Assembly: GCA_963713975.1 (NCBI GenBank)
Contig: OY970218.1
Coordinates: 3,560,742 to 3,624,741, forward strand
Direction: 5' to 3'
Source: an uncultured Chloroflexia bacterium
Lineage (GTDB): Bacteria > Chloroflexota > Limnocylindria > Limnocylindrales > CSP1-4
Length of the DNA stretch: 64,000 nt
Position 1 is the first letter of the stretch, and the number at the start of each line of letters is the position of its first letter. Below, piece after piece: positions 18,544 through 27,747 of this stretch. The notes under the pieces were generated by a model. That model searched no databases. It had not been told where the DNA came from and saw only the letters and a list, made by a program, of their open reading frames with translations. A program made the position numbers and the translations under genes.

Positions 18544-19566
18544 ATGACCGTGACGAACGACATCGATCTCGCCCAGCTCCTGGCAGACACGGAGGCGGAG
18601 ATCCTGCGCGTCGTGGGCGAGCGCGACGGCGCCACGGCCGGCGTCTACGAGATGATCCGGTACCACCTGGGGCTGGACGGATCGGACGGGCCGCGCGGCA
18701 AGCGCATGCGCCCCCTGCTGGGCCTGCTCGCCTACTCCTCGATCGCCGGCGAGCACGCCCGTGCCCTGCCCGGCGCGGCGGCCGTGGAGCTTGGCCACAA
18801 CTTCAGCCTGGTCCACGACGACATCGAGGACGGAGACGTCGAGCGGCGACATCGGGCGACCCTGTGGGCGCTCCACGGCGTGCCGCAGGCGATCAACACG
18901 GGCGACCTCATCTTCAGCCTCAGCCGCGTCGCGCTGCACCGGCTGACGGACCTGGGGTTCAGCGACGCCAAGGTCCTGCGCCTCATGCGGTTGTACGACG
19001 AGACCTGCGTCCTGCTCTGCGAGGGCCAGTACATCGACATCGCCACGTCGGCTTCCGACGAGCCCATGACCGTCGAGCTCTACTTCGACATGATCGGGCG
19101 CAAGACGGCTGCCCTCATCTCGGGGTCCATCGAAGCCGGCGCGCTGCTTGCGACCGACGACGAGGCGGTGATCGGCGGCTACCGCCGGTTCGGCTGGGCG
19201 CTGGGCCTTGCCTTCCAGCTCAACGACGACCTCCTGGGCATCTGGGGCGTGGAGCAGCAGACGGGCAAGGTGCCCACCGACATCGCGCGCCGCAAGAAGA
19301 CCCTGCCGGTGCTCTACGCGTTCCAGCACGGCACGCCCGCGGACAGGGGGCGCCTGGCGGACCTGTACGCGGTTGCCGAGCCGGATGCGGCCGGCATCGA
19401 CGAGATCGTCGCCATCCTGGAGCGGTCCGGTGCGCGCGAGTTCACCCGGTCCGAGGCGCAGCGCTACCGCGACCAGTGCCTGGCGGAGCTGGACGCCCTC
19501 ACGATCGTGGACTCCGCGGCGCGTGAGCGGCTCCAGGGGATCATCGTCTCCGTCATCAGCGCGTAG
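18544..19566 (+). CDS. Polyprenyl synthetase, probably type-I geranylgeranyl diphosphate synthase
   Basis: GKRMRP, NFSLVHDDIED..RR (FARM), EGQ..D, KTAAL, AFQLNDD, KKTLP. Confidence 0.92.
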   Translation: MTVTNDIDLAQLLADTEAEILRVVGERDGATAGVYEMIRYHLGLDGSDGPRGKRMRPLLGLLAYSSIAGEHARALPGAAAVELGHNFSLVHDDIEDGDVERRHRATLWALHGVPQAINTGDLIFSLSRVALHRLTDLGFSDAKVLRLMRLYDETCVLLCEGQYIDIATSASDEPMTVELYFDMIGRKTAALISGSIEAGALLATDDEAVIGGYRRFGWALGLAFQLNDDLLGIWGVEQQTGKVPTDIARRKKTLPVLYAFQHGTPADRGRLADLYAVAEPDAAGIDEIVAILERSGAREFTRSEAQRYRDQCLAELDALTIVDSAARERLQGIIVSVISA

Positions 19567-19587
19567 CGCGTCGCGGGTCCGGCCCGG

Positions 19588-20925
19588 CTATTCGTCCTCG
19601 CCAGCCATCGACCGGTCATCGATCGAGCGCTCGCGCACCACGAGCACCTTGCCGACCCGGCGGCCGTCCGTGGTCTCCACGGTCAGGCGCAGGCCGTCCA
19701 CGCGGATCTCGTCACCGGGTGCCGGCACACCGCCGATCCGGTGGTACACGAGGCCGCCGACCGTGTCGTACTCGTCGTCGTCCTCGAGCTGCGTCCTCAT
19801 GTCCCAGATCTCGAGCATGTCCTCCACGGACGCGCGGCCGTCGACGCGGGCACGATCCGGGTCGAGCTGCTCGATGAGCGGCTCCTCCTCGTCGTACTCG
19901 TCCTGGATCTCGCCCACGATCTCCTCGAGCAGATCCTCGATAGTCACCAGGCCGGCCGTGCCGCCGTACTCGTCGAGCACGATCGCGATATGGACCTTGC
20001 GGCGCTGGAACTCGTGGAGCAGGTCGTCGATGGACATGGACTCCGGGACGAACACCGGTGTCCGGAGCATGGCCCGCACGTCGGGCCGGACGGCGGCGTC
20101 GGACTTGAGGTACGGGAGCAGGTCCTTGGCGTAGAGGATGCCGACGACCTCGTCCACCGTGGACTCGTAGACCGGTACCCTGGAGTGGCCCTCCTCGATG
20201 ATCGTGTCAATCGCCTCGTCGAAGGAGGAGGACACGGGCAGTGCGGCGATGGCGATTCGCGGGACCATGACCTCGTGGATGCGACGGCCACCGAGCTCGA
20301 TGACGGCGTTGATCATCTGCTCCTCCTCGGCCTCCAGGATGCCCTGCTCGCCACCCCGCTCCACGATCAGCCGCAGCTCGTCCGCGGTGATCCTCGCCTC
20401 CGTGCTGACGTCGGCCCCGAGCAGGCCTGTGACCCAGCGGGTGATCCCGGTCAACAGGGCCACGATCGGCGCCACGACGCGTCCGAGCACGTCGAGCGGG
20501 GCCGACAGGGTGAGAGCGAACCGCTCCGGGTGGGCAAGCGCGAGGGTCTTGGGCACGAGCTCGGCGAAGACGATCGTGAACAGTGCCAGGAGGACCGTCA
20601 CGACCACGAGGGCCATCACGTCCGCGGTGCCGGCATCCATCCCCGCGTCGGCCAGCAGCGCGCCCAGGCCCTGGCTGAGGCTGACGGCGGCGAAGGCCGA
20701 CGCCAGGAAGCCGATGAACGTCAGGCCGAGCTGGCTCACGGCGAGGAAGCGGCCCGGGTCCGCAAGCATGGCCTGCACCCGGCGCGCGCCCGGCCGCTTC
20801 TCGTCCACGAGCTGCTCGACGCGGCTCCGCCGGATCGACACCAGCGCGATCTCCGCCGCCACGAAGAAGGCCTCCAGCAGGGTCAGGAGGATCAGGAACA
20901 GGATCTCGGGGATGGGAAAGCTCAC
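19588..20925 (-). CDS. CNNM/hemolysin-family (DUF21-CBS-CorC) Mg2+ transport protein
   Basis: FFVAAEIALVS, AELVPK, GHSRVPV, DEYGGTAGLVTIEDLLEEIVGEI, YDTVGG. Confidence 0.92.
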   Translation of the reverse strand: MSFPIPEILFLILLTLLEAFFVAAEIALVSIRRSRVEQLVDEKRPGARRVQAMLADPGRFLAVSQLGLTFIGFLASAFAAVSLSQGLGALLADAGMDAGTADVMALVVVTVLLALFTIVFAELVPKTLALAHPERFALTLSAPLDVLGRVVAPIVALLTGITRWVTGLLGADVSTEARITADELRLIVERGGEQGILEAEEEQMINAVIELGGRRIHEVMVPRIAIAALPVSSSFDEAIDTIIEEGHSRVPVYESTVDEVVGILYAKDLLPYLKSDAAVRPDVRAMLRTPVFVPESMSIDDLLHEFQRRKVHIAIVLDEYGGTAGLVTIEDLLEEIVGEIQDEYDEEEPLIEQLDPDRARVDGRASVEDMLEIWDMRTQLEDDDEYDTVGGLVYHRIGGVPAPGDEIRVDGLRLTVETTDGRRVGKVLVVRERSIDDRSMAGEDE

Positions 20926-22385
20926 CCGGCGGGATCCTCGGGCGAGGGTCCCGCGGCGGCTTCGGGATCGTTCACCGCCGGCGGCGCGGACGCGGCCTCC
21001 ACGACCTGGGTGAAGCGCGGCTCGCGGATACGGGCCGGGACGCCCACGGCGAGCTTGCCCGGCGGGACGTCACGCGTGACGACGGCGCCGGCGCCGGTCT
21101 TGCTGTCGTCGCCCAGGGTCACCGGGGCGCGCAGCATCGTGTCGACACCCAGGAACACGCGCTCGCCGATCGTGGTTCGGTACTTGTGGACGCCGTCGTA
21201 GTTGGCGGTGATCGTGCCCGCACCGACGTTCGTGTCGGCGCCCACGTCGGCATCGCCGAGGTAGCTGTTGTGGTGCTGCCGGACGTGCTCGCCGAGGCGG
21301 CTGTTCTTGATCTCGGCGTAGTTCCCGATCTCCGACCGCGTCCCGATGTGCGCTCCGGGCCTGAGGTGGCTGAACGGCCCGATCGTGACCCGGTCCTCGA
21401 CGGTGGAGCGCTCGATGACGCTCGCCCAGATGACGCAGTCCGCCCCGACCACCGAATCCATGATCTGCGAGCCCGTGGCGATGCGCGTCCGCTCCCCCAC
21501 CCTGGTGGCCCCGCGCAGGATCACGTTGGGCTCCAGGATCACGTCCGGGGCCAGCTCGACGCCGTGGTCCAGGTAGACCGTGGACGGGTCGGTCATCGTG
21601 ACCCCGGCCCGCATCCAGCGGTCATTGACCTCGACCCGCATGTCCCACTCGGCGCGGGCGAGCTGGGCGCGGTCGTTGATGCCGGTGAGGCGCCCGTCAT
21701 CGTCGACGTCGACCACGGCCACGATCCGCCCGTCCTCGCGCGCGTAGCGCACGAGGTCCGTGAGGTACAGCTCGCCGGTGGCGGGCGATGGGCGCAGGTC
21801 GCCGATCCGGTGCCGCAGCCACGCGGAATCGAAGGCGTAGAGCCCGGCGTTGATCTCGGCGACCTGGCGCTCGTCGTCCGTGGCGTCCTTGTCCTCGACG
21901 ATCCGCTCGACCGTGCCGCCCTCGTTCCGGATCACCCGGCCGAGGCCCGTGGGATCGATGGCGTCCACCGCGACGAGCGAGATCGCCGCGTGGTCCATCG
22001 CCCGGGCCTCGAGCAGACCCAGGAGCAGGTCCGCGCGGACCAGCGGCACGTCGCCAGAGACCACGAGGATGTCCGCGACGTCGTCGTCCAGCATGTCGAG
22101 CGCGGCCCGGAGCGCGTCGCCCGTTCCGCGCGGCTCATCCTGGATGGCCGTGTCGGCCCGATCGATGACCACGGCGCGGATGGCCTCGGTCGCCGGCGAG
22201 ACCACCACCATCGGCCGGGATCGTGTCGCGGTGATGGCGGCGTCGAGGACGTAGTCGACCATGGGGCGCCCGCAGATCGGGTGCAGCACCTTGGGCAGGT
22301 TCGACTTCATCCGGGTTCCCAGGCCCGCGGCCAGCACCACGGCGACCGTGCGGCGCGGGAACGTGGATGTATTCGGGGTGGTCAC
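20922..22385 (-). CDS. glmU: Bifunctional UDP-GlcNAc pyrophosphorylase/GlcN-1-P acetyltransferase
   Basis: VLAAGLGTRMKSNLPKVLH, hexapeptide repeats, GAGTITANYDG. Confidence 0.97.
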   Translation of the reverse strand: MTTPNTSTFPRRTVAVVLAAGLGTRMKSNLPKVLHPICGRPMVDYVLDAAITATRSRPMVVVSPATEAIRAVVIDRADTAIQDEPRGTGDALRAALDMLDDDVADILVVSGDVPLVRADLLLGLLEARAMDHAAISLVAVDAIDPTGLGRVIRNEGGTVERIVEDKDATDDERQVAEINAGLYAFDSAWLRHRIGDLRPSPATGELYLTDLVRYAREDGRIVAVVDVDDDGRLTGINDRAQLARAEWDMRVEVNDRWMRAGVTMTDPSTVYLDHGVELAPDVILEPNVILRGATRVGERTRIATGSQIMDSVVGADCVIWASVIERSTVEDRVTIGPFSHLRPGAHIGTRSEIGNYAEIKNSRLGEHVRQHHNSYLGDADVGADTNVGAGTITANYDGVHKYRTTIGERVFLGVDTMLRAPVTLGDDSKTGAGAVVTRDVPPGKLAVGVPARIREPRFTQVVEAASAPPAVNDPEAAAGPSPEDPAG

Positions 22386-22474
22386 GGGGTCCGGTGCCGC
22401 ACGTCTGGCATTCGTGCCGCGGCAGCCGCCGAAACGGCGGCGCCGGCGCCCGGGAGGGTCAAGTGGATCGACAT
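22382..22474 (-). CDS. Candidate 30-aa leader ORF translationally coupled to glmU
   Basis: MSIHLTLPGAGAAVSAAAAARMPDVRHRTP*; begins just downstream of a promoter and its TGA overlaps the glmU GTG. Confidence 0.35.
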   Translation of the reverse strand: MSIHLTLPGAGAAVSAAAAARMPDVRHRTP

Positions 22475-22487
22475 GTGAGGCAGGCCG

Positions 22488-22516
22488 ATTCTGGGGTGGC
22501 TCACTGGGGGTGTCAA
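22488..22516 (-). promoter_or_regulatory. Sigma70-type promoter upstream of glmU
   Basis: TTGACA-N17-CAGAAT on the minus strand. Confidence 0.7.
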
Positions 22517-22550
22517 CCGACGCCTCCGGAGCCCGCGGCGCGTGGTGGCG

Positions 22551-22937
22551 TCATCCGTGGACACGACGGGCGATCGCCTCGATCTCCACGAGGCCTCCCT
22601 TGGGCAGCGCCGCGACCTGCACGGTGGACCGCGCGGGGGGCGGCACCGGCATGAACCGCCCGTAGATCGCATTCACGGCGGCGAAGTCCGCGATGTCCGC
22701 GAGGAAGATCGTGGTCTTCACCACGTCGGACCAGCCCAGCCCTGCGGCATCGAGCACCGCCGAGAGGTTGCGCATCGATCGCTCGGCCTGTGCCTCAACG
22801 CCCTCCACCATGTCTCCCGTCGCCGGGTCGAGGCCCAACTGTCCGCTGCAGAAGAGGAGCCCGTCGACGGCGATAGCCTGGCTGTAGGGGCCGATGGCAG
22901 CGGGCGCGCCACTGGTGGCGATGGCCTGGCGGGTCAT
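22551..22937 (-). CDS. ridA: RidA-family enamine/imine deaminase
   Basis: APAAIGPYSQA, SGQL, VVKTTIFL, PARSTVQVAALP, VEIEAIA. Confidence 0.93.
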   Translation of the reverse strand: MTRQAIATSGAPAAIGPYSQAIAVDGLLFCSGQLGLDPATGDMVEGVEAQAERSMRNLSAVLDAAGLGWSDVVKTTIFLADIADFAAVNAIYGRFMPVPPPARSTVQVAALPKGGLVEIEAIARRVHG

Positions 22938-23971
22938 GGGTTCCTCCGGTGATCCTGTTCGGCACGGCGATCGTGGCTCGGGGGGATGATGCGGGTAGCC
23001 GCGACGAACGGTTCGCGCGGGCCCGGTGCGGTCAGGTCGCCGGCGGTGATCGCCGCACGGACGGCGTCGGCGGCGACTGCAGCCTCGGCATGTGAAGGAT
23101 AGAGCGCCCAGTGCGTGGGGCCGGAGCCGGAAACGCCGACCGGCCGGCCAAGGAGGCGCAGCAGGGCCCGCTTGAACGGGACGAGCCCGGGCTCGACGAC
23201 CGCGGCGGCGGGCGCCAGATCGTTGGCGGAGGCGAGCACGGACGCCCGTGCCAGCAGGTCCGCCACGCGCAGCCCCCTGCGGAGCTCCTCGGCGAGATGG
23301 GCGGAGGCGAGGCGTGCTGCCCCGCCCGCGGTCCTGGTGCCGGCGTCCCACTCGGCGTAGGCGGCGGGCGTGGAGATGCCGCACGAGGGCGTCACGAGCA
23401 GGAGGCCGGGCCGATCGTCGCCGGCATCACGCAGCCAGGGCAGGGGGCTCAGGCGCTCGCCCCGCCCCTCGACCAGCGCTGGCCCGCCGGCCAGGAAGAA
23501 CGGGATGTCCGACCCCAATTCCGCGGCGAGCCGGTGGCGCGTGTCGGGGTCCAGCGTCACGCCCCAGGCCTCCAGGGCGGCGTCCAAGGCGGCGGCGGCG
23601 TCCGACGAGCCCCCGGCGAGACCGGACGCGATGGGGATGCGCTTCTCCAGACGGGCGGCGAGGGGGGGCGGCGGGACGCGACTCCCCCACTCCGGGCCGG
23701 AGGCACGGCGGGCTGCGGCGATCGCCCGCAGGACGAGGTTGTCGGCGACGGGGCCCGGGTCGTAGCCGTCCACGTGCAGGGTGTCCTCCCCGCCGGGCGG
23801 CAGGATCGCGAGCGACAGGCGATCCGCGAGGTCCAGCGGGACCATCACGCTGTGGAGGTCGTGGAAGCCATCCGGGCGGGTCCCCAGCACGGCCAGCGTC
23901 AGGTTGACCTTGGCCGGGGCGAGGCGGACCACGGGCTCAAGCCGCCGCGTGGGATCGGACGGGGCGGTCAC
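22934..23971 (-). CDS. ispE: 4-diphosphocytidyl-2-C-methyl-D-erythritol kinase
   Basis: APAKVNLTL, DGFHDL, KRIPIASGLAGGSSDAAA, LGSDIPFF, SGSGPT. Confidence 0.93.
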   Translation of the reverse strand: MTAPSDPTRRLEPVVRLAPAKVNLTLAVLGTRPDGFHDLHSVMVPLDLADRLSLAILPPGGEDTLHVDGYDPGPVADNLVLRAIAAARRASGPEWGSRVPPPPLAARLEKRIPIASGLAGGSSDAAAALDAALEAWGVTLDPDTRHRLAAELGSDIPFFLAGGPALVEGRGERLSPLPWLRDAGDDRPGLLLVTPSCGISTPAAYAEWDAGTRTAGGAARLASAHLAEELRRGLRVADLLARASVLASANDLAPAAAVVEPGLVPFKRALLRLLGRPVGVSGSGPTHWALYPSHAEAAVAADAVRAAITAGDLTAPGPREPFVAATRIIPPSHDRRAEQDHRRNP

Positions 23972-24849
23972 CCGGACCCCGGGATCGGACCGATCGCCTC
24001 GGCGAGGGCGAGCCACTCCCCCACGGCCAGCATCTGGGGGCGCCGGTCGCGGTCGATGCCGCAGGCGGCGAGGGCCGCGTCCACGCGGACCGGCTCGATC
24101 GGCAGCTGGCGGGCCAGCACGTTGTGGAGCATCTTGCGCCGCTCACGGAACCCGGCCTGGACGATCCGCCAGAGGTGGTCCTCCGCCTCGGGATCCAGGC
24201 GGTCGTCCCCATCGTAGGGCTCCAGCACCAGCACCGCGGACTCCACCTTGGGCTCGGGCTCGAAGGCACGCGCGGGCACCACGAACGCCACCCTCGCCCG
24301 GGCGTGGTACTGGCAGAAGACGGACAGGTACGACATGGCGCCGGGCGGGGCCGCGATCCGTTCCGCGACCTCGCGCTGGACCATCAGGACCAGGCACCGG
24401 GCACGGGGCGCCGTGCCGAGGAGGCGGTGCAGGACGGGGCTGGTGATGTGGTAGGGCAGGTTGGCGACGACGTCGTACGGAGGCGGGACCACGTTGACCA
24501 GGTCCTGGTCCAGCGCGTCGCCCTCGATGAGCCGGAAGAGACCGGCGTCCGCCTCCGCCGCGAACCGCTCCCGGAGCACGGCCGCAAGGCCCCGATCCAG
24601 CTCCACGGCCGTCACGCTTGCGCCGGCCGCGAGCAGTCCGCCCGTGAGGAACCCGAGCCCGGGCCCGATCTCCAGCACCGCGTCGCCGGGGCCCGGGTCC
24701 GCCTCGTGGAGGATCCCCTCGAGCACGTCGACATCGGCCAGGAAATTCTGCGACAGGTTGTGGCGGGCTCGCAGCCCGGCCTGCCGCAGCGTCCGTTGGA
24801 CGAACAGCGGGTCGAGCCGCAGGTCACTGGCGCCCCGGCCCCCGCTCAT
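23968..24849 (-). CDS. rsmA: 16S rRNA dimethyltransferase RsmA/KsgA
   Basis: SQNFL, LEIGPGLG, VELD, VANLPYHITSP, MVQREVAERI, RRKML. Confidence 0.96.
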   Translation of the reverse strand: MSGGRGASDLRLDPLFVQRTLRQAGLRARHNLSQNFLADVDVLEGILHEADPGPGDAVLEIGPGLGFLTGGLLAAGASVTAVELDRGLAAVLRERFAAEADAGLFRLIEGDALDQDLVNVVPPPYDVVANLPYHITSPVLHRLLGTAPRARCLVLMVQREVAERIAAPPGAMSYLSVFCQYHARARVAFVVPARAFEPEPKVESAVLVLEPYDGDDRLDPEAEDHLWRIVQAGFRERRKMLHNVLARQLPIEPVRVDAALAACGIDRDRRPQMLAVGEWLALAEAIGPIPGSG

Positions 24850-25910
24850 CGGGCGAGCGGCAGCGACGGGCGGGCGTCCAGATCCAGTCCCGCCCGCACC
24901 CCGGCGGCGAACCGGCGGGCGCCCGCCGCACCGATCATCGCCCCATTGTCCGTGCACAGCGCCGGGCGTGGGATGACCACGCCCAACCCGCGGGCCGCGG
25001 CCCCGGCCGTGATCCTGGCGCGGAGCTCGGCGTTCGCCGCGACACCGCCACCCAGCACGATCCCGCGCGCGCCGACCTCCTCAGCCGCCCGCAGCGTCTT
25101 GGTGGCCAGCACGTCCACCACGGAATCCTGGAAGCCCCAGGCCAGCTCCGCCGTCACCTCGTCGGGGAGCATGCCGCCATGCTCGTCCACCGGCAGACCG
25201 GCCTCGGCCCGGGCCTGCGCGATCACCCGCCGCGCCGCCGTCTTGAGCCCGGAGAAGCTGAGGTCGTACGAGTCGCCCATCCATGCCCGCGGGAACACGC
25301 GATCGTGCCGGGTCGCATCCTCGGCTGCCTTCGAGATGGCGGGTCCGCCCGGGTAGCCAAGGCCCAGCAGCCTGCCCACCTTGTCGAATGCCTCGCCTGC
25401 GGCATCGTCCACCGTGGTCCCCAGCAGCCGGTAGTCGAGGTGGTCGCGCATCTCCACCAGGAACGTGTGCCCTCCCGAGACCACCAGCCCGACCAGCGGG
25501 AACGGCGGCACCTCGCGTTCCGCCTCGGCGGGGTCCAGAAGCCAGCCGGCGTAGACGTGGCCCTCGAGGTGGTTCACCGGGACCAGCGGCTTGCCGTGGG
25601 CCCAGGCGAGCGCCTTGGCGAAGTTGATGCCCACCAGCAGCGAGCCGGCGAGACCGGGTCCGTAGGTGACCGCGACCGCGTCCATGTCGGACATGGTGGC
25701 TCCGGCTGTCGCGAGGGCATCATCGAGCACCGGCACGATCCAGCGCAGGTGGGCCCTGGCCGCCACCTCCGGGACGATCCCGCCGGTCGGTGCGTGGAGC
25801 GCCACCTGGCTCGCAACGACGTTGGCATGGATCCGGCGTCCGTCCTCGATCACCGCGATGCCCGTCTCGTCGCAGCTGGACTCGACCGCGAGGACCAGGG
25901 GCCCGCTCAC
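24846..25910 (-). CDS. tsaD: tRNA t6A threonylcarbamoyltransferase TsaD
   Basis: ESSCDETG, GGIVPEVAARAH, NHLEGH, VSGGHT, DDAAGEAFDK, CTDNGAMI. Confidence 0.97.
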   Translation of the reverse strand: MSGPLVLAVESSCDETGIAVIEDGRRIHANVVASQVALHAPTGGIVPEVAARAHLRWIVPVLDDALATAGATMSDMDAVAVTYGPGLAGSLLVGINFAKALAWAHGKPLVPVNHLEGHVYAGWLLDPAEAEREVPPFPLVGLVVSGGHTFLVEMRDHLDYRLLGTTVDDAAGEAFDKVGRLLGLGYPGGPAISKAAEDATRHDRVFPRAWMGDSYDLSFSGLKTAARRVIAQARAEAGLPVDEHGGMLPDEVTAELAWGFQDSVVDVLATKTLRAAEEVGARGIVLGGGVAANAELRARITAGAAARGLGVVIPRPALCTDNGAMIGAAGARRFAAGVRAGLDLDARPSLPLAR

Positions 25911-26512
25911 GAAGTGGCCGCCCGCTGGTCCGGCGCAGTCGGCGACGCCCCGTCGCGCGGCGCATCCTCGGCGTCCGGCTCCGGATCCGGGGGCGGCGAC
26001 GCGTCCAGGTCCGCGCGCAGACCGGCAAGCCGCTCGCGCATGGCGGGCAGCGTCAGGGGCTCGGTGGTCATGATCAGCGCGTCTTCCTGGTTGTCGCTGT
26101 AGTACCGGGGGCGGATGCCCACCGGCCGGAAGCCGTACTTCTCGTACAGCCGGCGCGCGGCGAGATTGGAGAGGCGAACCTCCAGCGTCGCCTCACGCGC
26201 GTGGCGATCCCGGGCGAGATCGAGGAGCGACAGCAGCAGGTGCTCACCGATCCGGCGCCGCCGGTATCGGGGATGGACGGCGAACGTGGTGACGTGGGCC
26301 TCGTCGACCATCAGCCAGATGCCGCCATAGGCCACGATCTCCCCGGCGATCGCTCCCACGAGGTAGTGCGCCAGGCGGTTCGCCTCCAGCTCCTGGCGGT
26401 ACGCGTGCGCCGGCCACGGCGTGGTGAACGAGGCGCGTTCGATGAGCTGAACGGCCGGCAGGTCGTCGAAGGTCATCGGCCGCAGATGCAGGACACGGGT
26501 CTCGATGCTCAC
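25907..26512 (-). CDS. rimI: Ribosomal-protein alanine N-acetyltransferase RimI
   Basis: DEAHVTTFAVHP, TLEVRLSN, LYEKYGF, RPRYYSDNQEDALIM. Confidence 0.93.
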   Translation of the reverse strand: MSIETRVLHLRPMTFDDLPAVQLIERASFTTPWPAHAYRQELEANRLAHYLVGAIAGEIVAYGGIWLMVDEAHVTTFAVHPRYRRRRIGEHLLLSLLDLARDRHAREATLEVRLSNLAARRLYEKYGFRPVGIRPRYYSDNQEDALIMTTEPLTLPAMRERLAGLRADLDASPPPDPEPDAEDAPRDGASPTAPDQRAATS

Positions 26513-27183
26513 GCCGTGCCACCGCTGAGCTCCACCGCATCGTTTGCGGAGCCGGCTCGCACACCGCGCGGCAGGGTCACGTACTCGGGGACCAGGCCGG
26601 CGAGATCATCCGCGTCGCCCGCGGCCAGGCGGGCGGCGCCTGCGGCGAGCAGTGACGCCGCAAGGCCCGCATGGGCGGCCTCGCCAAGCTCCGCGGCCGC
26701 ATCGGGAGCCCGCCCGTGGAGGTCGACCGCAATGAGGCGCTCACCGGGGCGGAGCTGCGGATCCGTGCCCCCCGCAAGGATCACGGACGCCTCGCCGGCG
26801 CGCGTCATGACCCGGTCCGAGGCGCCGGCGGGCTGGAGCAGGGCCATGGCACCGCCCCCGGCCGCCGAGATGAGGGCGGCGCCGGTCACGACTCCGGCGA
26901 TCGGCAGGCCAAGGGCATGGGCGAGCCCCTTGGCGGTCGCGATCCCGACCCGCAGCCCAGTAAACGCCCCCGGGCCCGTCCCCGCCACGAGCCCACCGAG
27001 CGCCGATGGCGCCAGGCCTCGATCCCGCAGCAGCTCGTCGATGCGGGCCAGGAGCTCCTCGCCGTGCCGGTAGCCGGCCGTCCACGTGCGCGCCTCCAGC
27101 AGCGTGCCATCGGGCATCCCGATCGCGATGACCGCCCGCGTCGTGGCGGTGTCGATGACCAGGATCGGACCGCCGGGGATCAC
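26509..27183 (-). CDS. tsaB: tRNA t6A biosynthesis protein TsaB
   Basis: LVIDTAT, GTGPGAFTGLRVGIATAKGLA, LVPEYV. Confidence 0.92.
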   Translation of the reverse strand: MIPGGPILVIDTATTRAVIAIGMPDGTLLEARTWTAGYRHGEELLARIDELLRDRGLAPSALGGLVAGTGPGAFTGLRVGIATAKGLAHALGLPIAGVVTGAALISAAGGGAMALLQPAGASDRVMTRAGEASVILAGGTDPQLRPGERLIAVDLHGRAPDAAAELGEAAHAGLAASLLAAGAARLAAGDADDLAGLVPEYVTLPRGVRAGSANDAVELSGGTA

Positions 27184-27653
27184 GCCGCGACCTCGAGGTA
27201 GCGGGCGTAGGCCGGGTCCGCGGACCGCAACGCGATCCGCCGGACCTCGTCGCCGCAGCCGTCGATCACGACATCCAGGCGAGCTGCCGGGAGGGCCGCA
27301 CCGAGTCGCTCCGCCCACTCGACGAGGACGACGCCCTCGAGCTGGCGCTCGTCCAGGAGCCCGCCCGCGATCGCGTCGGCCGCATCGTGAAGGCGGTAGA
27401 GATCGACGTGGAAGAGCGGCAGGCGCCCGACGTACTCGCCCATCAGCACAAAGGTCGGGGAGCTCACGACGTCCGTGACGCCGAGCCCGGCCGCGAACCC
27501 CTTCGCGAGCTGCGTCTTGCCGGCCCCGAGATCCCCCACCAGGCACAGCAGGTCTCCCGGGCGCGCGACCGCAGCGAGGCGGGCGCCCAGGGCCTGGGTC
27601 TGGGCGGCGTCACGCGTCGTCACGACGCGCTCGGCCATGGCGGGCGTGGTCAT
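27180..27653 (-). CDS. tsaE: tRNA t6A biosynthesis ATPase TsaE
   Basis: GDLGAGKT, VSSPTF, HVDLYRL, VEWAER. Confidence 0.95.
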   Translation of the reverse strand: MTTPAMAERVVTTRDAAQTQALGARLAAVARPGDLLCLVGDLGAGKTQLAKGFAAGLGVTDVVSSPTFVLMGEYVGRLPLFHVDLYRLHDAADAIAGGLLDERQLEGVVLVEWAERLGAALPAARLDVVIDGCGDEVRRIALRSADPAYARYLEVAA

Positions 27654-27747
27654 GACCCGAGGGTAGCCGAACCCGCGAGTAAGCATCCCAGCGTCTGTGC
27701 TGGCTCGACGACGGCCGTTGACGGCACGGGCGCCGCCGGCACCGTCG

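Noticed and set aside
13943-19566. Archaeal-type ether lipid pathway (glycerol phosphate genes plus type-I GGPPS)
   Set aside because: No GGGP/DGGGP synthase or G1P dehydrogenase in the window; plsY points to ordinary ester lipids
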